Shown one piece after another: positions 50,216-58,308 of a DNA stretch of 64,000 nt (positions are counted from its first letter, which is position 1; each line of letters starts with the position of its first letter). Made by a program: the position numbers and the translations under genes. Source of the stretch: an uncultured Clostridia bacterium (lineage in GTDB: Bacteria; Bacillota; Clostridia; Oscillospirales; Acutalibacteraceae); NCBI GenBank assembly GCA_944384835.1, contig CALWUU010000043.1, forward strand, positions 50,004 to 114,003. Reading direction: 5' to 3'. The notes below the pieces were generated by a model. The model did no database searches, was not told where the DNA came from, and was given only the letters and a program-made list of their open reading frames with translations.

Positions 50216-50812
50216 TTAAATTGCTGTTCTCTTTTTTACCGCATCTGCAATTTTAGAAATCCCCACTAAAATTGAGACAGTTGCCACAGCTAACATAATG
50301 AAAACGGCATAACGCTGTGTTTGAGAGAAACAGCAAAGCACTGCAAATATGATGCTGTACAAGCTAAGAATAACTTTTACCTTAGCCTTACATTTTTTCA
50401 CTTCGGGTTCTGATAACGGTTTATTCTTATCTTCAACCGGAGCTATAAACAGCACGGTCAAAGCGCAACATGCAAACAGGAGAGTAATAATAAGTAATTG
50501 TAGTATGGTGCTGATATAAACACCTAGAAAAACACTAAATCCAAATAAAAGGACTGAACTAATGTAACATTTCAAGTGACTGCCAGCATGAAAGCCACCT
50601 GAAAAAGTACGTAAGGGAATAAAGAATAAGAGATAAATAATGCTTTCAATGATACATTGAAAAATGGCTCCAATAATTAAACATGTTGCGATACCGAACG
50701 CTTGTGACAGCATCAAGCCAAATGCAAAAGTGAAGAAAGCTGATTCATCTTCGGGAATAATTTTCCCTTTTACAGATGCAGCTACGCATTTCTCAGCAAG
50801 CTTTGTAATCAT
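50216..50812 (-). CDS. agrB: Accessory gene regulator B (AgrD-processing membrane peptidase)
   Basis: ORF 50216-50854. Start placed at ATG 50812 (MITKLAEKCV), which overlaps the agrD2 TGA stop as ATGA. Polytopic membrane protein. LRTFSGGFHAGSHLKC has His and Cys 7 residues apart, like catalytic H77/C84 of S. aureus AgrB. Confidence 0.88.
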   Translation of the reverse strand: MITKLAEKCVAASVKGKIIPEDESAFFTFAFGLMLSQAFGIATCLIIGAIFQCIIESIIYLLFFIPLRTFSGGFHAGSHLKCYISSVLLFGFSVFLGVYISTILQLLIITLLFACCALTVLFIAPVEDKNKPLSEPEVKKCKAKVKVILSLYSIIFAVLCCFSQTQRYAVFIMLAVATVSILVGISKIADAVKKRTAI

Positions 50813-50958
50813 GTTTGAAACTGATTGGGGATTGCTGGAATATAAGGTTGGCACAACATAAAATAGTATGCCGAATTTACGTTGCCCATTGTGGCTGCGA
50901 AAGCTGTACCTGTAGAAATTTGTACAATCTTCTCAAAAAGGTTACGATTCGTTTTCAT
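50809..50958 (-). CDS. agrD: AgrD-like autoinducing-peptide precursor 2 (49 aa, non-canonical Cys position)
   Basis: Hand-translated and not in the ORF track: MKTNRNLFEKIVQISTGTAFAATMGNVNSAYYFMLCQPYIPAIPNQFQT. GGAGG lies 9 nt upstream of the ATG. It aligns without gaps to AgrD-like 1. Confidence 0.7.
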   Translation of the reverse strand: MKTNRNLFEKIVQISTGTAFAATMGNVNSAYYFMLCQPYIPAIPNQFQT

Positions 50959-51104
50959 ATTTTCATACCTCCACAAAAGTTTGACATCCTGTTATGCCAA
51001 ACATTTTATGAATACCAAAGATACTGCTATATTAATTCTTTGGGTGTTTCCCTTACACGATCTGTAAGAGAATGAATCATTTTCATATTTTCAATAGCGA
51101 GAAA

Positions 51105-51254
51105 TTATTTTTGGAATCTTTTTGGAAGTGCCGGTACTTTTGGCTGATGCAACATAAATGTACATGCAGAGTTAACATTGGATACTGCTACTTTTGCTGC
51201 TGCCTCTGTAGCTGCTTTCATAACTTTGTTTGTGATTTTGTTTGTGATTTTCAT
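51105..51254 (-). CDS. agrD: AgrD-like autoinducing-peptide precursor 1 (49 aa)
   Basis: Hand-translated and not in the ORF track: MKITNKITNKVMKAATEAAAKVAVSNVNSACTFMLHQPKVPALPKRFQK. GGAGG lies 8 nt upstream of the ATG. The SAC-x4-HQP..P pattern matches clostridial AgrD (Cys plus 4 ring residues, then a HQP/EP tail). Confidence 0.8.
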   Translation of the reverse strand: MKITNKITNKVMKAATEAAAKVAVSNVNSACTFMLHQPKVPALPKRFQK

Positions 51255-51322
51255 TCTCATTTCCTCCAAATATTTTTATGAATTAATTGGCTTTATCAGC
51301 CTACATAAATTATAAAAGAAAA

Positions 51323-51358
51323 ATGCGACATTTGGGAAAAAACGTCGCATTTTGCTTT
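51323..51358 (-). terminator. Hairpin with T-run between kinase 2 and agrD1 (terminator or attenuator)
   Basis: The minus strand reads aatgcgacg-N12-tgtcgcatt followed by TTTTCTTTT. A TATAAT (51314-51309) follows immediately. Confidence 0.5.
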
Positions 51359-51419
51359 TTAGTGTGACTGAACTTCACACTCGTTCATATTTTATTCATA
51401 AACTCTGCATATTATGAAG

Positions 51420-52751
51420 TTATTTTTGTTCATTAAGTAATGGAATTGAAATTGCAAGTGTAAAGATTGTGTCACTATGATCAATACTTATAATACCATT
51501 ATATTTTTCGACAGCCATTTTAATATTCTCTACTCCAAACCCATGATTGTGTTTATCCAATTTAGAAGAAACAAGCTTTTCATTTTCATAAATCAAATTA
51601 TTTTGTTTTGTGTTTTCTATAATAATACTTAAAATATCATTTGTGCGTTTTACTTCTAAAATAATTTTCTTTTCACCATGTTGTATTTCACTGCATGCTT
51701 TTACGGCATTATCCAATGCGTTTGCAAAAATAGTACAAGTATCAATATATTTTAAAAAGGATAAATCATTGTACAAAATTTGTTTTTCAAATGTAATTCC
51801 CTGTTCGTTACAAGTTTTCTCCTGCTCATATAAAATCACATCAAATGCAGTATTATTTACGCGAAAACTAGATGCCGCCATTTGCTGGCTCATCTGTGTT
51901 TGCAATTCATGCATATAATTCAACGCTTTATCTTTACTGTCTGTGTGATATAACCGTTCCAGTGTAGTAATGTGATTTTTAAAATCATGCAATTGTTTTC
52001 GACTTTCATTCAAACCTTTTTCAATTTGTTTATAGTAACTTGCTTGGATTCGCTGCATTTCTTCAGCTTCCCGCAATTGATTTTCCAACTCATATTTTCT
52101 TAAATTTCTGTCATAAATAAAGAACACTGCTATATTACATAAAATTAATCCAAAACAAACTAAAGACATAAAAATTTTATGACTTTCATCTTTCGGCACA
52201 TATGCCTCCAATTTAACCATTAAAATAATATTTGCAATCGTTACAATAGGTAACGTAAATAAAAGCAATACTTCTTTTCCACTTTTGGCATATTTTCTAT
52301 CTTTGGTAAATATAAAAATAATTCGGATAATAATAAATAATAAAACTTTGCTAATAATGGTCATAGCTAACCTGGCCGTGGGTATCTGTATTACCATTGT
52401 TAAATTTTCTCCGAATATCCATGATGTCAAAATAATAACAAAAAATTCAAAGAATATAGATAACGTGGCTACCAGTACCGATAGAAAGAATTTTACCAAT
52501 AATTTTCCCTTATAGAAAACAATTGCCATAGATAAATTTAATATAACTGCAACAATTACATTAAGCCAAAATATTCCTAAAAAGTTGATACAAGCTAAAC
52601 TGACACCACATACCAGAACACTAATCGCTTTTATTATTATATCTGGTTTAGATGTTCCCCATTTATCTAATAAAAAATGATGAAATAACATCAATACAAT
52701 TAAAAAATCAAAACAACATAAAAATGACTGTATTATAATTTCGTACATCAT
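51420..52751 (-). CDS. AgrC-like sensor histidine kinase 2 (HPK10 / GHKL, polytopic sensor)
   Basis: 443 aa with 6-7 N-terminal TM segments. Contains H box HDFKNHITTLERL, N box FANALDNAVKAC and G box HGFGVENIKMAVEKYNG. Confidence 0.88.
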   Translation of the reverse strand: MMYEIIIQSFLCCFDFLIVLMLFHHFLLDKWGTSKPDIIIKAISVLVCGVSLACINFLGIFWLNVIVAVILNLSMAIVFYKGKLLVKFFLSVLVATLSIFFEFFVIILTSWIFGENLTMVIQIPTARLAMTIISKVLLFIIIRIIFIFTKDRKYAKSGKEVLLLFTLPIVTIANIILMVKLEAYVPKDESHKIFMSLVCFGLILCNIAVFFIYDRNLRKYELENQLREAEEMQRIQASYYKQIEKGLNESRKQLHDFKNHITTLERLYHTDSKDKALNYMHELQTQMSQQMAASSFRVNNTAFDVILYEQEKTCNEQGITFEKQILYNDLSFLKYIDTCTIFANALDNAVKACSEIQHGEKKIILEVKRTNDILSIIIENTKQNNLIYENEKLVSSKLDKHNHGFGVENIKMAVEKYNGIISIDHSDTIFTLAISIPLLNEQK

Positions 52752-52805
52752 TTTTTAATACTCCTTCAAATAGCTTTGGTTAAAAAGCTATAAAATCTTT
52801 ATATA

Positions 52806-54125
52806 TCAAGCGGGCAGCGGAACTATTACTGCCAAAATAAAGCTGTCCTGTGTGTATTCAATACTAACCAATCCATGATATTTTTCAACTGCCATTTTAA
52901 TATTTTCTATCCCAAAGCCATGATGTTCCTTATTAGCTTTAGTTGTAAAAAAACGGTTGTTACTTTCCAAAATTTGATTCTGTTTCGTATTTTTTATTAC
53001 GATACTAAGCATATCTTTTTGTCTTTTTAAAACCAGTTCAATCTTTCTTTTACCTGTTTTTATTTCACTGCAAGCTTTCACCGCATTATCTAACGCATTG
53101 GCAAATATGGTACAAGTATCCATATAAGACAGAAATGACAAATCATTATATAAAATTTGTTTCTCAAAGGTGATATTTAAGTCCTGACAGCGTTTGTTCT
53201 TTTCATATAGTATAACATCAAAAGCTGCATTTTTCACTTTAAAACTTGCCAAATCCATTTGTTCTTTCATTTGTTGTTGCAATTCTTGCATATAAGAAAC
53301 AGCTTTGACACTCTCTTTACCTTCATGCAAATGTTCCAATGTTGTAATATGGTTTTTAAAGTCATGCATTTGTTTCCTGCTCTCATTCAAACTTTTTTCC
53401 AACTGCATATAATAGTTCGCCTGCAGTCTTTGCATTTCTTGCGCTTGCCGCAGTTCATTTTCAAGTTCATATTTTTTTAAATTTTTATCATAGATAAAAA
53501 ATACTGCGATATTACATAAAATCAGTCCAATGCAAACAAAAGCCATTAGAATTTTGTGGCTTTCTTCTGAAGGCGCATGATATTCTAACTGCACCATTAA
53601 TATAATATTGGCTACTGTTACAATCGGCAATGTATAAAGTAAAAGAGATTCTTTTCCGATTTTAGTATATTTTTTACCTCTTTTTATCAAAAAAATAATA
53701 CGAACCAAGGTAAAAAGAAGAACCTTACTGATAATCGTCATAGGTACTTGCACAGAAGGAAGCGTAACTATAACCGTAAGGTTTTCACCAAATATAGCTG
53801 AACCCATAACCATAGTAATAAATTCTGATACTAGAGATAAAGTACACGTAACTACAGATAGAAAAACTTTAACTAACCATTTTCCCTGATAAAAAACACA
53901 TGATAAAAGAAAAGTTAATGTAAAAACAGTTAACACATTCCAAAGAGAATTTTGGAACGTGTTAATAAAAGTTAACGTAATAGAACAAACGAGAATACCC
54001 AAAAACTTAAAGAGAAACAATTTTCGAGATTGTTCCCACCTATCTTTTAGATAGTATTGCAAAAACATGATAAAAATACTGTACTCCACCACACATATCA
54101 GTATGCCAAACAGTAATTCAAACAT
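52806..54125 (-). CDS. AgrC-like sensor histidine kinase 1
   Basis: 439 aa paralog of kinase 2 with the same motif set (HDFKNHITTLEHL, FANALDNAVKAC, HGFGIENIKMAVEKYHG). Confidence 0.88.
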   Translation of the reverse strand: MFELLFGILICVVEYSIFIMFLQYYLKDRWEQSRKLFLFKFLGILVCSITLTFINTFQNSLWNVLTVFTLTFLLSCVFYQGKWLVKVFLSVVTCTLSLVSEFITMVMGSAIFGENLTVIVTLPSVQVPMTIISKVLLFTLVRIIFLIKRGKKYTKIGKESLLLYTLPIVTVANIILMVQLEYHAPSEESHKILMAFVCIGLILCNIAVFFIYDKNLKKYELENELRQAQEMQRLQANYYMQLEKSLNESRKQMHDFKNHITTLEHLHEGKESVKAVSYMQELQQQMKEQMDLASFKVKNAAFDVILYEKNKRCQDLNITFEKQILYNDLSFLSYMDTCTIFANALDNAVKACSEIKTGKRKIELVLKRQKDMLSIVIKNTKQNQILESNNRFFTTKANKEHHGFGIENIKMAVEKYHGLVSIEYTQDSFILAVIVPLPA

Positions 54126-54127
54126 AG

Positions 54128-54832
54128 CTATCCCCTTATGTATTTTTGAAACTTCATATTAAAATTGGTCATTCTGTCTCTTGCCAATTTAATTTCTGTT
54201 GAATAATCTAAAATAACCTTTGTTTTTGTAATGCTTGTAACGTGGTCAAAATTCACAATATAGCTCTTTTGAGGCATCTCGAATTGATCGGCAGGCAATG
54301 ACGACAGTAAATCATTCAATGAAGCCCCTGTTTCATACACTTGTTCTTTTGTATAAATAATTCTCTTTCTCTGATAAGATTCAATATAAATAATTTTGTT
54401 GATAGAAATAAAGCAATTTTCATATGCGCATTTTACCGCAATTTTTCTGTTAAGCTTTTTAAACTCCTGAATACAAGAAAGAACAGCTTCATTAAATTTG
54501 TCCTGAGCAATTGGTTTTACCAAGTACCTATGCGCATGCAAATGGTACCCTTCAGCAGCGTATTGCTCAAAAGAGGTAGTCAAAATAATGGTAGCGTCCA
54601 GTCCGTCTTTTACCAACTGTTTGCCAATCTCTATACTGTTTACTCCATTTTCCAGCTGAACATCTAAAAATAGAATGTCATAGATATTTTTAATATTCAA
54701 TAATTCCTCTGAAGTACAAATTTCATCAAGTTCATAATCTACATCATTGGAAATCGCAAACTCGTCCAGTTTATCGCGAATAATTAAACGATGAATTGCT
54801 TCGTCATCGCAAACGGCTATTTTTAGTAACAA
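54128..54832 (-). CDS. LytTR-family response regulator 2 (AgrA-like)
   Basis: 234 aa. TTG start overlaps the regulator 1 stop by 10 nt. The receiver has CDDE, FLDVQL and LVKP. The C-terminal domain is LytTR-type. Confidence 0.88.
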   Translation of the reverse strand: MLLKIAVCDDEAIHRLIIRDKLDEFAISNDVDYELDEICTSEELLNIKNIYDILFLDVQLENGVNSIEIGKQLVKDGLDATIILTTSFEQYAAEGYHLHAHRYLVKPIAQDKFNEAVLSCIQEFKKLNRKIAVKCAYENCFISINKIIYIESYQRKRIIYTKEQVYETGASLNDLLSSLPADQFEMPQKSYIVNFDHVTSITKTKVILDYSTEIKLARDRMTNFNMKFQKYIRG

Positions 54833-55557
54833 TTTCCGTCAACACCTTTACAAAAGCCTCTCAAGTACTTGTGAAACTTCATATTAAAATCGTCTATACG
54901 GTCTCTTGCCAGTTTTATATCAATGGTATGTTCCAATATCACTTTGGTTTTGGTTAAACTGGTTACACAGTCTAAATTCACAATATAACTTTTTTGCGGC
55001 ATTTCAAATTGCGTGGTAGGTAATTGCTCTAATAATTCCTGAAGCGATGCGCCTGTTTCATAAACCTGTTCCTTTGTATGGATCATTCTTTTTCGATGGT
55101 AAGATTCTATATAAACAATACTGTTAATAGAAATAAAGCAATTTTCATATGCGCACTTAACTTCTATTTTTCTATTAGATTTCTTAAAATCCTTAATACA
55201 AGATACTATCGCTTCATTAAAATTTGACTGTTGTATCGGCTTTATCAAATAGCGATGTGCCTTTAAATAATATCCTTCAGATGCATACTGTTCAAACGAT
55301 GTCGTGATGATAATAGTGGCGTCAATACCTTTTTGCAGCAATCGCTTTCCTACTTCAATGCCATTCATACCGTCTTCCAGTTGCACATCCAAAAATAGAA
55401 TATCATAAATATTTTCCATTTTCATCAATTCTTTTGAACTGGTAAATTCATCAAGTTCATAATCAATATCATTTGAAATTGCATAGGCATCTAACTTGTC
55501 ACGAATAATCAATCGATGAATCGCTTCATCATCACAAACAGCAATTCTTAACAACAT
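54823..55557 (-). CDS. LytTR-family response regulator 1 (AgrA-like)
   Basis: 244 aa. Receiver residues are conserved (CDDE, FLDVQL, LIKP) and the DNA-binding domain is LytTR-type. By eye it is roughly three quarters identical to regulator 2. Confidence 0.88.
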   Translation of the reverse strand: MLLRIAVCDDEAIHRLIIRDKLDAYAISNDIDYELDEFTSSKELMKMENIYDILFLDVQLEDGMNGIEVGKRLLQKGIDATIIITTSFEQYASEGYYLKAHRYLIKPIQQSNFNEAIVSCIKDFKKSNRKIEVKCAYENCFISINSIVYIESYHRKRMIHTKEQVYETGASLQELLEQLPTTQFEMPQKSYIVNLDCVTSLTKTKVILEHTIDIKLARDRIDDFNMKFHKYLRGFCKGVDGNCY

Positions 55558-55666
55558 TCCAGCAACACCTTTTCATTATAGTGAAATAATTATTTTCATA
55601 CCTGAATCATTTTGAATAGTATTTACTGCTATAATTTGAAATAAAATCCAATTTTGGATTATTTCT

Positions 55667-55695
55667 ATTATAAAAACAAATATTGAATATGTCAA
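55667..55695 (-). promoter_or_regulatory. Consensus sigma-A promoter of the regulator/kinase operon
   Basis: The minus strand reads TTGACA (55695-55690), a 17-nt spacer, then TATAAT (55672-55667). Confidence 0.6.
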
Positions 55696-55752
55696 AAAAT
55701 TTAACATATTTTTCTTAAATTGGGAAGAAATTTACTGAATATGTCAAAAAAT
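55684..55752. repeat. 17-nt direct repeat TGAATATGTCAAAAAAT (two copies, 52-nt period)
   Basis: Exact copies at 55684-55700 and 55736-55752. Each contains the TTGACA hexamer on the minus strand. Confidence 0.85.
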
Positions 55753-55831
55753 GTCGTTTAGCCATGTTTTAAATTTGCAGCAGCTTTTTTAACTGCCGCA
55801 GTATAAAAACATTATCATAGATTTTTATCTG

Positions 55832-56962
55832 TTATACGTCTGCCAATTCGCCAAGGCTTTTGGCTTTTAAGTATGCATTGATAAACCCGTCAATGTCCCC
55901 GTCCATGACCGCATTAATATTACCCATTTCATAATTGGTTCTATGGTCTTTGACAAGTGTATAAGGCATAAATACATAAGAACGAATTTGACTTCCCCAG
56001 CCAATTTCTTTTTGCTCACCTTTAATATCTTCAATTTTATCCAAATGTTCACGCTCTTTAATTTCCATTAATTTGGAAACAAGCATTTTCATTGCTGTTT
56101 CACGGTTTTGATGCTGGCTGCGCTCTACTTGGCATGCCACAACAATATTAGTCGGTATATGGGTAATGCGAACCGCCGAAGACGTTTTATTTACCTTTTG
56201 ACCGCCGGCACCGCTGGCACGATAAACATCAATACGCAAATCATCCGGATTAATGTCCACTTGGATATTATCATCAATTTCCGGCATAACCTCTAAAGAA
56301 GCAAAAGAAGTATGACGTCTGCCGGAAGAATCAAAAGGAGAAACACGAACCAAACGGTGCACACCTGCTTCGCTTTTTAAAAAGCCGTATGCGTTGGTTC
56401 CCTCTATTAATACAGATGCGCTTTTTAACCCTGCCTCTTCTCCGTCCAAATAATCCAATGTTTTTACTTGGTAACCATGACGTTCACCCCAGCGGCAGTA
56501 CATACGGTATAACATTTCCGCCCAATCCTGCGCTTCGGTTCCTCCTGCGCCTGCATGAAACGTTAGAATTGCATTATTCCCATCATATTCTCCTTGCAGC
56601 AAAGTAGAAAGCCGCTGTACTTCCAGTTCTGAATGGAAGTGTTCAAACTCAGACTGTGCTTCTTCCAATATAGAGAGGTCTTCTGCCTCATTTCCCAGTT
56701 CTATTAAGGTTTGAATATCATCAAACATTTGTTTTAAGGCGTTATATTTTGCCACTTTATTTTTTAAAGTACTGGTACGCTGCAATACTTTTTGAGAATG
56801 CGCCATATCATTCCAAAATTCCGGTTCAGCCGCCTGCGCCTCCAACTGTTTAATCTCTTCTTCTGCCGCTTTTAAATCCAAAGCTTCTTCCAAATCAGAC
56901 AAATCCGGTTTCAGTTCCTCTAAAGCTAATTTTAATTCTTCAAATTGAAGCATTTCTATCAT
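55832..56962 (-). CDS. prfB: Peptide chain release factor 2
   Basis: 376-aa uninterrupted ORF with SPF and GGQ motifs (VSPFDS, SGAGGQKVNKT). ATG 56953 is an alternative start. No +1 frameshift site is needed. Confidence 0.95.
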   Translation of the reverse strand: MIEMLQFEELKLALEELKPDLSDLEEALDLKAAEEEIKQLEAQAAEPEFWNDMAHSQKVLQRTSTLKNKVAKYNALKQMFDDIQTLIELGNEAEDLSILEEAQSEFEHFHSELEVQRLSTLLQGEYDGNNAILTFHAGAGGTEAQDWAEMLYRMYCRWGERHGYQVKTLDYLDGEEAGLKSASVLIEGTNAYGFLKSEAGVHRLVRVSPFDSSGRRHTSFASLEVMPEIDDNIQVDINPDDLRIDVYRASGAGGQKVNKTSSAVRITHIPTNIVVACQVERSQHQNRETAMKMLVSKLMEIKEREHLDKIEDIKGEQKEIGWGSQIRSYVFMPYTLVKDHRTNYEMGNINAVMDGDIDGFINAYLKAKSLGELADV

Positions 56963-57234
56963 CCTTTTATTTATCTCAATACCTAAATTATAATTAATTC
57001 ATGTACCTGCTTTAAATGCAAAAAATTTCCTGAATTAGTAACTGTTATATTATAGTAGAATTGCCCGAGAAAGTAAAGCGTATTCCAGTGATAATATATA
57101 GTTCAAAGGAAATTTAAAGCAAAACATTGCAGTTTACAAAATAATTAGGTACAATAAGAAAGAAATTGAACAATAACTATAATGCAAATTCACTTATTTT
57201 AATTTAGTATTATAGAGATATATTTCAGAAAGGC

Positions 57235-58266
57235 ATGGTATCTATTATGTCAAAGTATACGGGTTTAGAATGTCCTATCTGCAAAAATACATTTAAAAAT
57301 GATGATGATATTGTAGTTTGCCCTGAATGCGGCGCACCGTATCACAGAGCATGCTACCAAAAAGAAGGCCATTGCATTTATGAAGATAAACATGGAACTG
57401 ATCAAGACTGGCAGGGACAGGAACATGTACATCAAGAAGCCGGAGATAAAAAATGTCCTCGATGCGGTACTATCAATCCTTCCGATTCCTTATTTTGTTC
57501 CAAGTGCGGACAGTCATTAAGCTATGACAGTCAGGCACACGGACAAGCACCAACAGATTCTGAACAATCTTATACCCCGCCAACCCCTCCGCCGGGAGCC
57601 GGACCAAATGTCGGACCAACAGGCATGCCATATCCATTTGATCCAATGGGAGGCGTAAATCCCAAGGATCATATCGAAGGTATTGAAGCGGGAGATATGG
57701 CAAAATTTGTACAGACAAACACACCGTATTATATGGGAAGATTTTTAAATCTTTCTGCGTTCAAACGAGGTCGGTTCCATTTTGCTGCTTTTTTATTCGG
57801 CGGAGGCTGGTTTTTATACCGTAAACAATATGTAATTGGCATCATATTAACAGCATTTCAAATCATTTCTTCAGTGGCAATCAGTTTTTTACAGACATAT
57901 TATACGATTCCTTTGATGAATGAATTGCTGCCAAATGTAAATCAGGTCGGCAAATATTACTGGGGATTCATCCAGTCTTGGGACGCTCTTGCCGCCAAAT
58001 CTCCCTTAACGTTATTTTTGGTCATGCTGCCGACAATATTACTGTTCCTCCAATTGGTAGAACGGATTCTATGCGGTATTTTCGCCAACAAGCTGTATTT
58101 AAAGCATTGTGTCAAAGAGATTAATGAAATTAAAGTAAATACCACAACAACTCAAGAATATGAAACACAGTTGAAACAAAGAGGCGGCGTTAGCACAACA
58201 CTTGCATTTTCTCTCATGATTTGTTATTTTATTATTAATTTTATTCCCATGTTTTTTAACTTTTAA
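57235..58266 (+). CDS. Membrane protein with N-terminal zinc ribbons and a DUF2628-like TM domain
   Basis: 343 aa. Contains CPICK..CPECG..H..C, then CPRCG..CSKCG, a Pro-rich linker and the TM region FAAFLFGGGWFLYRKQY. ATG 57247 is an alternative start. Confidence 0.7.
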   Translation: MVSIMSKYTGLECPICKNTFKNDDDIVVCPECGAPYHRACYQKEGHCIYEDKHGTDQDWQGQEHVHQEAGDKKCPRCGTINPSDSLFCSKCGQSLSYDSQAHGQAPTDSEQSYTPPTPPPGAGPNVGPTGMPYPFDPMGGVNPKDHIEGIEAGDMAKFVQTNTPYYMGRFLNLSAFKRGRFHFAAFLFGGGWFLYRKQYVIGIILTAFQIISSVAISFLQTYYTIPLMNELLPNVNQVGKYYWGFIQSWDALAAKSPLTLFLVMLPTILLFLQLVERILCGIFANKLYLKHCVKEINEIKVNTTTTQEYETQLKQRGGVSTTLAFSLMICYFIINFIPMFFNF

Positions 58267-58308
58267 ATGTTCAGAGAGATGGATTAATAAACTAAGGAGT
58301 TGACATCA

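Noticed and set aside
51228-51251. A 12-nt tandem repeat, tttgtttgtgat twice, that could be mistaken for a micro-repeat array.
   Set aside because: It lies inside agrD-like 1 and simply encodes the duplicated KITN-KITN at its N-terminus. It has only two units and is not CRISPR-like.
50815-51281. Plus-strand ORFs 50815-51075, 50882-51067 and 51072-51281 in the agr region.
   Set aside because: They are antisense shadows of the two SD-preceded AgrD-like ORFs on the minus strand. They have no RBS and Cys-rich nonsense translations.
55832-56962. Looked for the programmed +1 frameshift (CTT TGA C) that is typical of prfB.
   Set aside because: The RF2 reading frame is continuous for 376 codons from its start. 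No internal in-frame TGA or short upstream ORF is required, so this is a frameshift-less prfB, which is known in a minority of bacteria.
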